Source of the DNA: a virus
Taxonomy: Duplodnaviria; Caudoviricetes
Length of the DNA stretch: 64,000 bases
IMG/VR virus record: IMGVR_UViG_3300027819_000006
Strand: one strand, 5' to 3'
Both the position numbers and the translations under genes were made by a program. Positions 1 to 7,271 of this stretch are shown piece by piece; within the stretch, counting starts at the first letter, position 1, and every line of letters starts with the position of its first letter. Below the pieces are notes generated by a model. The model saw only the letters and a list, made by a program, of their open reading frames with translations, searched no databases and was not told the DNA's origin.

Positions 1-6
1 TTTATT

Positions 7-93
7 TGGCGGAAGAGTGAATAGTCGAAATCCCGGCTTTCACCGCCATATCAGTATTCAAAGCTGATGGCTCTCCACAGAGCGTACTCTTCC
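7..93 (-). tRNA. tRNA-Ser(TGA)
   Basis: GGAAGAG/CTCTTCC acceptor stem, G discriminator plus CCA, loop TT-TGA-AT, long variable arm. Confidence 0.85.
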
Positions 94-95
94 TT

Positions 96-350
96 TTAAG
101 GATTTAGTTTATTAAAATTTCCAATATATATAATTTTATCATTATAGCAAGATACTCTAAAAACATTTCCATTAACATTGTCTACTATAGCAATATTTGC
201 GCCATAATTAATATTAACCAATGAATATCGTTGTGCATACATTATTTGAGGACTCACTTCTGTATGAGTTTTTATAGAGAACACTAATAATAGAAATACT
301 ATAATAGATGCTATTACTAAAATTGTTTTTTTGCTAATGTTGATTATCAT
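96..350 (-). CDS. hypothetical membrane-anchored protein
   Basis: 84-aa ORF with N-terminal hydrophobic helix. Confidence 0.5.
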   Translation of the reverse strand: MIINISKKTILVIASIIVFLLLVFSIKTHTEVSPQIMYAQRYSLVNINYGANIAIVDNVNGNVFRVSCYNDKIIYIGNFNKLNP

Positions 351-367
351 TTTAATCCTTTCATATT

Positions 368-395
368 TGGCTGCCCTAGATCGATTTAAACGATC
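368..395 (-). pseudogene. tRNA 3' fragment (T-arm, acceptor 3' strand, CCA)
   Basis: GATCG-TTTAAAT-CGATC T-arm followed by TAGGGCAGCCA; no 5' half upstream. Confidence 0.6.
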
Positions 396-402
396 AATAA
401 AG

Positions 403-478
403 TGATTACCAGTGAAAGAGTTGAACTCTCATGACAAGGTTCAAAGCCTTGTATCTTAAACCATTAGATGAACTGGCA
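403..478 (-). tRNA. tRNA-Gln(TTG)
   Basis: ACAAGG-CT-TTG-AA-CCTTGT anticodon arm, GTTCAAC T-loop; 3' end reads ATCA instead of ACCA. Confidence 0.85.
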
Positions 479-627
479 TTTTAGATTTTAAAAACATATT
501 TTCTGACTTCATCGACAAAAGACAAAGAGACTGTATTATTTTGCTCAAGAACTTGGAGTTACACCAATATTTTCTCATTAGATAAATGAGCGCTTTGATC
601 AATTTGAATTACAAGAGCTTTTAATAT

Positions 628-855
628 TTACCAACTTTCTAAATTGATTTCATGATATATTCCACATTCACAGTATAGTATTTCTACATATATACTGCCA
701 TGAGAACCACATAACTCACATTCTCCAGAATTAGATCTTATGAATATTCTATCTGTTGTCATTTCTTTATTTAATTTAGGACAGATGTATTTTAAACAAA
801 GAAGTTTAGCATCTTTATATTTCTTTATTCTTTTCATCTGTTTCATATGTTTCAT
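628..855 (-). CDS. small Cys-rich hypothetical protein
   Basis: 75 aa, CxxC and CxC pairs. Confidence 0.5.
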   Translation of the reverse strand: MKHMKQMKRIKKYKDAKLLCLKYICPKLNKEMTTDRIFIRSNSGECELCGSHGSIYVEILYCECGIYHEINLESW

Positions 856-873
856 ATAGCTTTACTTTCAATT

Positions 874-951
874 TGGAGGGATGAAGCGGATTTGAACCGC
901 AATCTGCTTGTTTCACATACAAGCGCTTTACTCGCTTAAGCTATCATCCCC
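874..951 (-). tRNA. tRNA-His(GTG)
   Basis: CTTGT-AT-GTG-AA-ACAAG arm, extra G-1, encoded CCA. Confidence 0.9.
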
Positions 952-958
952 AATTGTT

Positions 959-1035
959 TGGAGACTCCAGTTGGAATTTCACCAACACAAAGCAATTTTG
1001 CAGATTGTTCTCTTGAATATTAGAGCATGGAGTCT
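959..1035 (-). tRNA. tRNA-Cys(GCA)
   Basis: AGACTCC/GGAGTCT acceptor, CT-GCA-AA loop, CCA. Confidence 0.85.
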
Positions 1036-1045
1036 TATTTTATAT

Positions 1046-1136
1046 TGGTCGGTAAGGAGAGATTTGAACTCTAAAGATGTTTTTATCAACATCTGACAGT
1101 TTAGCAAACTGTTTGGTTCACTATACCAGATCTTCC
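1046..1136 (-). tRNA. tRNA-Ser(GCT), degenerate acceptor and D arms
   Basis: ACAGT-TT-GCT-AA-ACTGT arm, long variable arm, GTTCAAATC T-loop, ACCA end; acceptor pairs poorly. Confidence 0.65.
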
Positions 1137-1145
1137 ATATAGTTT

Positions 1146-1244
1146 AATCTACACCAGAAATGCAGATAAAATATCTTGTGCACAGATAGATTAACATCAT
1201 TTCTTATGCTCTCAACCTGGATATCAGGAGTTGCAGTGTAGATT
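1146..1244 (-). ncRNA. putative structured small RNA (unit 1 in tRNA array)
   Basis: 9-bp closing stem AATCTACAC/GTGTAGATT, inner AGAAATG/CATTTCT stem and CCTG/CAGG hairpin. Confidence 0.45.
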
Positions 1245-1251
1245 TTTATGT

Positions 1252-1326
1252 TGGTCGAGCAAGAAAGAGTTGAACTTTCATCGACTGGTTCCCAAAACCA
1301 GGGCTATTACATTAAGCTATTGCTCG
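1252..1326 (-). tRNA. tRNA-Pro(TGG)
   Basis: CTGGT-TT-TGG-GA-ACCAG arm, CGAGCAA/TTGCTCG acceptor, CCA. Confidence 0.9.
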
Positions 1327-1337
1327 ATATTTTAATT

Positions 1338-1413
1338 TGGTGACCCGTGAGATAGTTGAAATCTCCTCTAGAGTTTGAAAGACTCTGATACTTTCCGCTG
1401 TACGAACGGGTCA
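1338..1413 (-). tRNA. tRNA-Glu(TTC)
   Basis: AGAGT-CT-TTC-AA-ACTCT arm, TGACCCG/CGGGTCA acceptor, CCA. Confidence 0.85.
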
Positions 1414-1423
1414 TTTTATATTT

Positions 1424-1501
1424 TGGTGGCTCTAACAGGATTCCAACCTGTGGCTTCCTCTTTAGAAGAGAGGCACTCTATGCGGGCTGAGTTATAGAGC
1501 C
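1424..1501 (-). tRNA. tRNA-Arg(TCT)
   Basis: CCTCT-CT-TCT-AA-AGAGG arm, CCA. Confidence 0.9.
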
Positions 1502-1578
1502 ATTTAAATTTTATATCGTCATATTAGTATTTTTCTAATATTGTATTCTTCTTCAGATTGCAACCTCTTTAAAAAATC

Positions 1579-1686
1579 ATTTTATCTGGACAAGAGTGAC
1601 GTACCAGACAAGCATCATTGAGCCACCATCAGAGGAACTTTCGTTACTCCTCCACCGCTACTTTTTTCACAAGAAAGTAGTAAAAC
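1579..1686 (-). ncRNA. putative structured small RNA (unit 2 in tRNA array)
   Basis: three hairpins, one with a GAAA tetraloop (GAGGAGTAAC-GAAA-GTTCCTC), short closing stem. Confidence 0.4.
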
Positions 1687-1701
1687 TCTTTCATATTTAA
1701 G

Positions 1702-1785
1702 TGGCCCTAGAAGGATTTGAACCTTCACCCAGATTAACTGGACTAGTTCTTAAAACTAGCGTGGCTGCCGTTACACCATAGAGCC
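1702..1785 (-). tRNA. tRNA-Leu(TAA)
   Basis: CTAGT-TT-TAA-GA-ACTAG arm, long variable arm; CCA not encoded. Confidence 0.9.
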
Positions 1786-1811
1786 ATTACTTATCCATCT
1801 TCTTACAAATA

Positions 1812-2033
1812 TCAATTCAGCTTATCAAACAGAAGTGCATAAAAAACTATAATTGCCATGACTACACAAAATACTGCATCAAATTTACCTTTATCTAATG
1901 TTCTCAGATGTTCCATTGGAGCATAACAGATAAACATTAATAGTAAGAGTCCATAGATTGCTCGAAACATTTTAGTAACCTTTCTTATAGACTGTTTATT
2001 TTGTATAGTATAATATAAACAATCTATAAACAA
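1812..2033 (-). CDS. small membrane protein
   Basis: two hydrophobic segments; downstream of conserved promoter motif; true start probably the second Met. Confidence 0.5.
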   Translation of the reverse strand: MFIDCLYYTIQNKQSIRKVTKMFRAIYGLLLLMFICYAPMEHLRTLDKGKFDAVFCVVMAIIVFYALLFDKLN

Positions 2034-2041
2034 AAGTAAAG
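2012..2041 (-). promoter_or_regulatory. conserved phage promoter motif
   Basis: TTTACT-N17-TATATT with ATAGATTGTT in spacer. Confidence 0.7.
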
Positions 2042-2056
2042 GAGTATTTTAAAATT

Positions 2057-2150
2057 ATTAGACTTGCCACAATCAACCAAAGCTGATTGTTCGCCACGTA
2101 ATTTGTCTAACTCTGAATCTGCAAGAGTGCAGATTCAGCAGTAGTCTAAT
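2057..2150 (-). ncRNA. putative structured small RNA (unit 3 in tRNA array)
   Basis: 8-bp closing stem, perfect 10-bp hairpin CTGAATCTGC/GCAGATTCAG, 9-bp hairpin with a G-U pair on the minus strand. Confidence 0.5.
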
Positions 2151-2160
2151 TTTTATTAGT

Positions 2161-2188
2161 TGGTAGCCTGGGAGCGATTTGCAGGCTA
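2161..2188 (-). pseudogene. tRNA microhelix remnant with CCA
   Basis: TAGCCTG-(11 nt)-CAGGCTA-CCA. Confidence 0.55.
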
Positions 2189-2203
2189 TGTAATAAATTT
2201 ATT

Positions 2204-2302
2204 ATATGGACTTTGTACGGGATGAGGGAGTCAAACCCTCCATCTTGGCTTTATAAGAACCAGGCATTCATCAGGTATGCTAATCCCGTACAAAGTCCAT
2301 AT
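2204..2302 (-). tRNA. tRNA-Ile(TAT) embedded in a 20-bp perfect inverted repeat
   Basis: TGGTT-CT-TAT-AA-AGCCA arm, GAGGG-TTTGACT-CCCTC T-arm; IR at 2204-2223 and 2283-2302. Confidence 0.75.
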
Positions 2303-2339
2303 TTCTATTTAAAATTATTAGCTTAAAAGTAAAAATACA

Positions 2340-3227
2340 TTATGCAAGAGCTAATTGTTTCATGAATATGTCGAATTCAACTTCTACAAATAACTCGTTA
2401 TGTTTGCCCATGTCTTTTATAATATAAACTTTATAGCCAGCTCTTTCTATTTCTTTTATTTTTATCTTTTCTCTACTCTGTACTTGTTCGACTGAATGTT
2501 TATCTGCTACTTTCTTATAATGCCAAATACCATTCCATAAAATTGCAGTTTTAATATCTTCTATTATTACATCTGCATCCCAACCATTAAAAATAGCTTC
2601 ATTATGCAGTACGTTTTTAAATTTTCTGCAACACAGTTCATAAAAATATATTTCATTCTTGCTTCTTCTTCTTAATCTCTGAGAATTAGCAGATTTTTTA
2701 CCAGCTTCTCTTGCTTTAGCTAAATATTCAGCAGAAGATCTTGTACATGTTTCACAGCAATATTTTTTATTTGAATCTATTCTTTTCAAAAACATTTTTT
2801 GACAATTGATGCTATTACATGTTACTTCTATTCTTTCTATTTTATGAATATTTACTATTCTGCCGCTTACATAACCTGATTTAATAGTATTTGATACTTT
2901 TTTTCGAGTTTCTTCACTGTGTGTTCGCGCATGCGAACATTTATCAGAACAGCATTTATGAGATAGAGCATTATCTCTAATTCTTATTTGAGTTTCGAAC
3001 CATTTGTTACATCTATCACATTTGTGAAAAACTTCAACCCATAAAATCTTTTTAGCTTTCGACTTTATACTTTTAGATAATTTCTGTAATGATTCTTCTG
3101 AAAACTTTCTTCCATAAAAGGGATTATTAGACCCTTTTAAATTTATTCCAGTGTTGCAGAATCTTTTGTGAGATGTTACTGCTCTTTTAGATTTAAAATA
3201 TCTATCGCATGTATCACATTTTATCAT
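2340..3227 (-). CDS. free-standing homing-type endonuclease (Zn finger, NUMOD3-like, Vsr/DUF559-like)
   Basis: CxxC..HxxxC N-terminus, GSNNPFYGRKFSEE repeat, SKNE..DADV..ILWNGIWHY C-terminus. Confidence 0.7.
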   Translation of the reverse strand: MIKCDTCDRYFKSKRAVTSHKRFCNTGINLKGSNNPFYGRKFSEESLQKLSKSIKSKAKKILWVEVFHKCDRCNKWFETQIRIRDNALSHKCCSDKCSHARTHSEETRKKVSNTIKSGYVSGRIVNIHKIERIEVTCNSINCQKMFLKRIDSNKKYCCETCTRSSAEYLAKAREAGKKSANSQRLRRRSKNEIYFYELCCRKFKNVLHNEAIFNGWDADVIIEDIKTAILWNGIWHYKKVADKHSVEQVQSREKIKIKEIERAGYKVYIIKDMGKHNELFVEVEFDIFMKQLALA

Positions 3228-3366
3228 TGAACTATCTCCTCAGTGTTTATACTATAATAAATATAAACATCAAAGAGAAAAGTTCAACTACATATTACCC
3301 CAATCAATACTGTTTATTGAAGCAATATTTCTACCGTCCTGGATCGGTCTGCAGGCTATTTAAAAT

Positions 3367-3834
3367 TTACTTCTTCACAAGATTTGGATCAACAATTTCC
3401 GGATTGATAATTGTAACCTTGATGTCATCCATTTCGTACTTGTACTTTCCATAAGTATTTTCAAGATATGGTCTGATTGCATCTGGTGTGAAGCAGAAAA
3501 CTGATCCATCAATATCGACCAGAACTGGCATCTTCCTTCTACTAACTTTCAATCCGATAATCTTTGCATTCTTGCTATCATAAGTGAATGGCTTATTAAT
3601 CCATTCAGGATTGAGTTGATACCACTGAGCTTCTTCAATATAGTCTCTATAGAACTGCGTAATCACAACTCCATCTTCTGCAACTGCTGAACATTCAAGC
3701 TTCATACTGAAAGATGAATCATTAAACTTGATACAGCCCTGACTGAACTTGACATTATACTTTGTTTCAACAACTTTAAGAGCATTTTCAATTTCTCTAC
3801 GGATATTCTTGAGGTTGCTCTTATCAAAAACCAT
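3367..3834 (-). CDS. hypothetical protein
   Basis: 155-aa ORF with RBS, behind conserved promoter. Confidence 0.7.
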   Translation of the reverse strand: MVFDKSNLKNIRREIENALKVVETKYNVKFSQGCIKFNDSSFSMKLECSAVAEDGVVITQFYRDYIEEAQWYQLNPEWINKPFTYDSKNAKIIGLKVSRRKMPVLVDIDGSVFCFTPDAIRPYLENTYGKYKYEMDDIKVTIINPEIVDPNLVKK

Positions 3835-3886
3835 TTTGATTTAATCTCCGTTTGAGAAGTTGTTGTATAACCATTTTGTACGGTTA

Positions 3887-3915
3887 AATATAAACTGAAT
3901 GCAAATGTAAACAAT
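3887..3915 (-). promoter_or_regulatory. conserved phage promoter motif
   Basis: TTGTTTACA...GTTTATATT. Confidence 0.6.
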
Positions 3916-3917
3916 TT

Positions 3918-4376
3918 TTATTCAATTGTCAAATTATTATCTAACCATTCTTCACACTGCTCTTGAGACTTTATATTACCAAGATTGTTCCTAAAATAGA
4001 ATAGTTTCACGTTCAAAATATTTTTAAATGCTTTAATTTTCAATTTAGATATAGTGACGTGTCTTCCTCTTCTAGAGCCCTTTATTTCTATCCATAGATT
4101 ACAATCTGGTATGAAAAAATCAGGAACATATTGCATCCCATCATCTGAAGTTCCATTGCTGATAGTGAATTTTTCAGCATTTTTAATCCAATAGATGTTT
4201 CTACTATTCAGTATATCTGCAAAAGCTAATTCATACAACCCATTCATTTCAAACTGTTCACCTTTTATATTTGCAAATTGTCTATTCTTTGTAAGCTCTT
4301 TTTGAGATTCATGGTTCAAATCAATCATGATATCTCCATTAATTGGTAACCATTTTATATGATTAAATATAAACAA
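3918..4376 (-). CDS. PD-(D/E)XK nuclease
   Basis: LYELAFA..YVPDFFI..WIEIKG. Confidence 0.7.
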   Translation of the reverse strand: MFIFNHIKWLPINGDIMIDLNHESQKELTKNRQFANIKGEQFEMNGLYELAFADILNSRNIYWIKNAEKFTISNGTSDDGMQYVPDFFIPDCNLWIEIKGSRRGRHVTISKLKIKAFKNILNVKLFYFRNNLGNIKSQEQCEEWLDNNLTIE

Positions 4377-4398
4377 TTTAACCTAAAAGTAAACAACT
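4366..4398 (-). promoter_or_regulatory. conserved phage promoter motif
   Basis: AGTTGTTTACT...ATTGTTTATATT. Confidence 0.7.
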
Positions 4399-4407
4399 GT
4401 TTTATTT

Positions 4408-4485
4408 TGTAGCATCTACTCAGATTTAAACTGAGACCCTTTGCTTGGAAGGCAAACATGCTAAATCGTTAAACACTATAGATAC
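4408..4485 (-). tRNA. tRNA-Gly(TCC)
   Basis: TTTGC-CT-TCC-AA-GCAAA arm; 3' end TACA. Confidence 0.8.
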
Positions 4486-4503
4486 TTATTTTTATATATA
4501 GAG

Positions 4504-4586
4504 TGCCAGAGGAGAGATTTGAACTCTCAGTAGGATTTCTCCAGATTGCTTCTAAAGCAATTTCGTATGCATTCCGACACTCTGGC
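4504..4586 (-). tRNA. tRNA-Leu(TAG)
   Basis: ATTGC-TT-TAG-AA-GCAAT arm, long variable arm, GCCAGAG/CTCTGGC acceptor. Confidence 0.85.
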
Positions 4587-4818
4587 TCTTTTGTAATCTT
4601 TCTATTCTATCAAGTTCTTTTTGCATTTTTAAAATTTCTAATTCTGTATATATTAACAAAATTCTTAAAGAATCTAATTTTGTATTTGCAAATAAAAATG
4701 GGTTATTAAGATTTTTCATTATTGTTTTTACTAAAGCAGTATCTACAGGAACTGTTGCAGATTTTGTAGATACTGCAAACAATAAAATACAAGCTAAAAT
4801 TAATGCCATAACTTTCAT
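4552..4818 (-). CDS. small secreted protein, 3' end overlapping tRNA-Leu
   Basis: signal-peptide-like N-terminus MKVMALILACILLFAVS. Confidence 0.5.
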   Translation of the reverse strand: MKVMALILACILLFAVSTKSATVPVDTALVKTIMKNLNNPFLFANTKLDSLRILLIYTELEILKMQKELDRIERLQKSQSVGMHTKLL

Positions 4819-4835
4819 TTTATCTCATTTTAAAA

Positions 4836-4919
4836 TTGGTAGCCCTACTCAGATTTGAACTGAGACGGCATAAATGCCACTGCTTTTGAAGCAGTTGAGT
4901 AGACATTCCTCTATAGGGC
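4836..4919 (-). tRNA. tRNA-Leu(CAA)
   Basis: ACTGC-TT-CAA-AA-GCAGT arm, variable arm, CCA. Confidence 0.9.
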
Positions 4920-4942
4920 TATTGTTATTCTTCATCATTTAT

Positions 4943-5028
4943 TAGTAGCTCTGGAGGGATTTCAACCCTCACTCCATTTAAGGAACATATTCTTGAAATA
5001 TGCGAGTCTAGCAATTTCTCCACAGAGC
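4943..5028 (-). tRNA. tRNA-Leu(CAA), second divergent copy
   Basis: CATAT-TT-CAA-GA-ATATG arm, variable arm; 3' ACTA. Confidence 0.8.
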
Positions 5029-5036
5029 TATATTTT

Positions 5037-5110
5037 TGGTGGACTGAGATGGAATCGCACATCTACCACTAGTTTTTCAAGCTAGCACTCTTCTCCTGAG
5101 TTATCAGTCC
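5037..5110 (-). tRNA. tRNA-Phe(GAA)
   Basis: TT-GAA-AA loop, GGACTGA/TCAGTCC acceptor, CCA. Confidence 0.85.
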
Positions 5111-5118
5111 CTATTTAT

Positions 5119-5142
5119 TGGTGCACTTGATAGGATTCGAAC
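5119..5142 (-). pseudogene. tRNA 3' fragment
   Basis: GTTCGAATCCTATCAAGTGCACCA only. Confidence 0.6.
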
Positions 5143-5159
5143 ATATATGAGATTTTTAT

Positions 5160-5237
5160 TGGTGGGTCTGGCAGGAATTGCACCCGCATTTTTCTCCTTA
5201 AAAGGGAGCTACAAAAGCTAATTTTTGTTACAGACCC
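5160..5237 (-). tRNA. tRNA-Lys(TTT), atypical D-arm
   Basis: CTCC-CT-TTT-AA-GGAG arm, GGGTCTG/CAGACCC acceptor, CCA. Confidence 0.75.
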
Positions 5238-5821
5238 ATTAAAATCTTTAATTCATTTATGCATTTTAAAACATTTTCTTTAACATCTTGAGCTTCAAAT
5301 CTTATAACTTTCCAACCATTTTCTATACTAAATTTATCTCTTCTTTCATCTATTAATTTAACTTTTGGTAAATTATGTGTAGACCCATCAATTTCAACAT
5401 CAATTTTTAAATCTATAAAAGCAAAATCATAACAATATATACTATGCTGATAATTGTATATCCATCCTTCAATGTTTGAATATTCTAAAGCATTTTTGAA
5501 TATTTTTTCTGGATAACTCATTTTAGAGCAATGATTTAGTTTGTATGGAACTTTTTCTGGATGTTCCATTAAATATTTTATTCGATGTAAAGATAATTTG
5601 TTTCTAGTTTCTTCAGTGTGATGTCTGCCTGTCCAATATATTCTTGCTGATTCTGATCTTTTCTTCCTCAATATTTCACTTTTATCATTATCAAGACAAA
5701 ACATTACATGAGAAGTCATTTTTTGTGGTATATCAAAACAAAATTCTTTTTTACAATGTTTGCATACATATATTTTCATTATGATCCTCCAATTATATAA
5801 TAAATATAACTGTCGAATCAT
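5228..5821 (-). CDS. DUF559/Vsr-like free-standing endonuclease
   Basis: SYPE..YDFAF..VEIDGSTH..RRD..GWKVIRF; N-terminal Zn finger; likely start at Met 5776. Confidence 0.75.
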   Translation of the reverse strand: MIRQLYLLYNWRIIMKIYVCKHCKKEFCFDIPQKMTSHVMFCLDNDKSEILRKKRSESARIYWTGRHHTEETRNKLSLHRIKYLMEHPEKVPYKLNHCSKMSYPEKIFKNALEYSNIEGWIYNYQHSIYCYDFAFIDLKIDVEIDGSTHNLPKVKLIDERRDKFSIENGWKVIRFEAQDVKENVLKCINELKILMGL

Positions 5822-5896
5822 AAAAGACTTATGTAAAAAATATTTAATAAGCTAGTTCCAGTCATGGTGTACAAGTGCTTTTAATATTCAATATTT

Positions 5897-6007
5897 TGGC
5901 TGGCATGGTGGGTACCGCCCCCACATAATCTCCGTTAATTTTACATCTCTTAGGTTTAGCCTAATTGATGGGACAGCGGAGCGCAATTGCTTGTCTGCCA
6001 CATGCCA
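5897..6007 (-). tRNA. tRNA-Asn(GTT) interrupted by 35-nt insert (5938-5972)
   Basis: TGGCATG/CATGCCA acceptor, G73, CCA; removing the insert gives CTCCG-CT-GTT-AA-CGGAG. Confidence 0.75.
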
Positions 6008-6048
6008 GTATTTAAATTAGATTGTCTGCAACAATTTTTGTATAGTTT

Positions 6049-6082
6049 AATATAAACAATCTATGATCAAATGTAAACAACT
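6049..6082 (-). promoter_or_regulatory. conserved phage promoter driving the tRNA array
   Basis: AGTTGTTTACATTTGATCATAGATTGTTTATATT = TTTACA-N17-TATATT. Confidence 0.8.
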
Positions 6083-6099
6083 ATTTTAACAAAAACAAA

Positions 6100-6293
6100 A
6101 AAGAGATAAAACTTGAATGTCTTATCTCTGTGAAAGCTGTACTGCATATAAGACATTCATTCTAAGTCACTGTAGGTCTATTTTCATGATTATAGCTTTT
6201 AAAACTATTAATAGACAAACTATCTGAACATTGCAGATAGTTATCTGATAATAAGTTATGTCTTTGCTGTATGGTCATATGATTAATCTCTTT
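6100..6293 (-). ncRNA. putative multibranched structured RNA
   Basis: 11-bp and 9-bp perfect hairpins, 8-bp closing stem, no ORF. Confidence 0.4.
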
Positions 6294-6336
6294 AGTTGTT
6301 GCTAATATAAATATATCTTAATCATAGCAAAATGCA

Positions 6337-6993
6337 TTAAAAATCAGCAGTCTGTTCTTTGTTTGCCCAAGTATTTGTTGCTATATACTGTATCCTCTTT
6401 TCATTGACAATCTTAACTGCTTCTTCTTTACTTTTAGCCCAGATTGTACAGTATAGCACATGCTCATCTTGCAACAGACTATTTTTGAAATTAGAACTGT
6501 CATCAGAATTAAATAGATAAGGATAGAATCTTTCTTTCTTTTCAAACCATTCACATCTAGGGTCGTAGTTTTTGTCTCCATGGTTCAAATCTTCTACTGG
6601 ATCCTGGCTATAGTCTGACTCAACAATAGAATCACCATTTTCTCTCATATATACTACATAAGTTTTGTAGCCATTATTTATGAATGTCAGAGCTTTGTTT
6701 ATGTTGTCTATTCTGTTGTTCAGTTTAAATGATTCTGTAGAATATTCGCAATCTTGTTGTTCTACTAATCTATTTAATTTTTCTTTGTGATCATCTGTGA
6801 AAACTCCAATTGTCTGCATTCCTGAATATTCACCTTCATATAGAACATGAACAGTTTCTTCATTTTTCATAGATAAAATGAATCTTTCTAATAGTTCTAT
6901 ATTAACTATACCTACTAAATTCATTAATCTTCTTAGCAGATCTTGTTGTTCATAATTCAGATCATATTTTAGAACCAACTCTAATGTTTTCAT
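6337..6993 (-). CDS. hypothetical protein
   Basis: 218-aa ORF, translationally coupled. Confidence 0.7.
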   Translation of the reverse strand: MKTLELVLKYDLNYEQQDLLRRLMNLVGIVNIELLERFILSMKNEETVHVLYEGEYSGMQTIGVFTDDHKEKLNRLVEQQDCEYSTESFKLNNRIDNINKALTFINNGYKTYVVYMRENGDSIVESDYSQDPVEDLNHGDKNYDPRCEWFEKKERFYPYLFNSDDSSNFKNSLLQDEHVLYCTIWAKSKEEAVKIVNEKRIQYIATNTWANKEQTADF

Positions 6994-7262
6994 AGTATGC
7001 TTGGATGATCCTTTAAAAAAGACAATACATCATTTATGCCACAGTTGCAAGTTTTTCTAACTTCTATTGGAACTTGATAGTTGCAAAATAGAGAATGTGG
7101 AGCTAATTCATGTCCAACAGCATTTTCAATCTTTTTAAGAATAGCATACATTTCTTTGCACATTTTTCTGTACATATCTCTGTCAGCTATAGCAGCATCA
7201 AAAAAATCTCTAGATACTTTATCTTCATCTGTATCATGAGTGTCTAAATTTAAAAGGCTCAT
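6990..7262 (-). CDS. hypothetical protein
   Basis: 90-aa ORF in operon. Confidence 0.6.
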   Translation of the reverse strand: MSLLNLDTHDTDEDKVSRDFFDAAIADRDMYRKMCKEMYAILKKIENAVGHELAPHSLFCNYQVPIEVRKTCNCGINDVLSFLKDHPSIL

Positions 7263-7271
7263 ATTGAGCTC

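Noticed and set aside
7-93. Possible tRNA-Sec or suppressor tRNA
   Set aside because: The 7-nt loop centres on TGA (Ser) with a normal 7-bp acceptor; no TCA, CTA or TTA anticodon found among the tRNAs
1146-2150. Theta (HDV-like) or hammerhead ribozymes at tRNA 3' ends
   Set aside because: Units do not start at the tRNA 3' nucleotide and lack the catalytic core sequences
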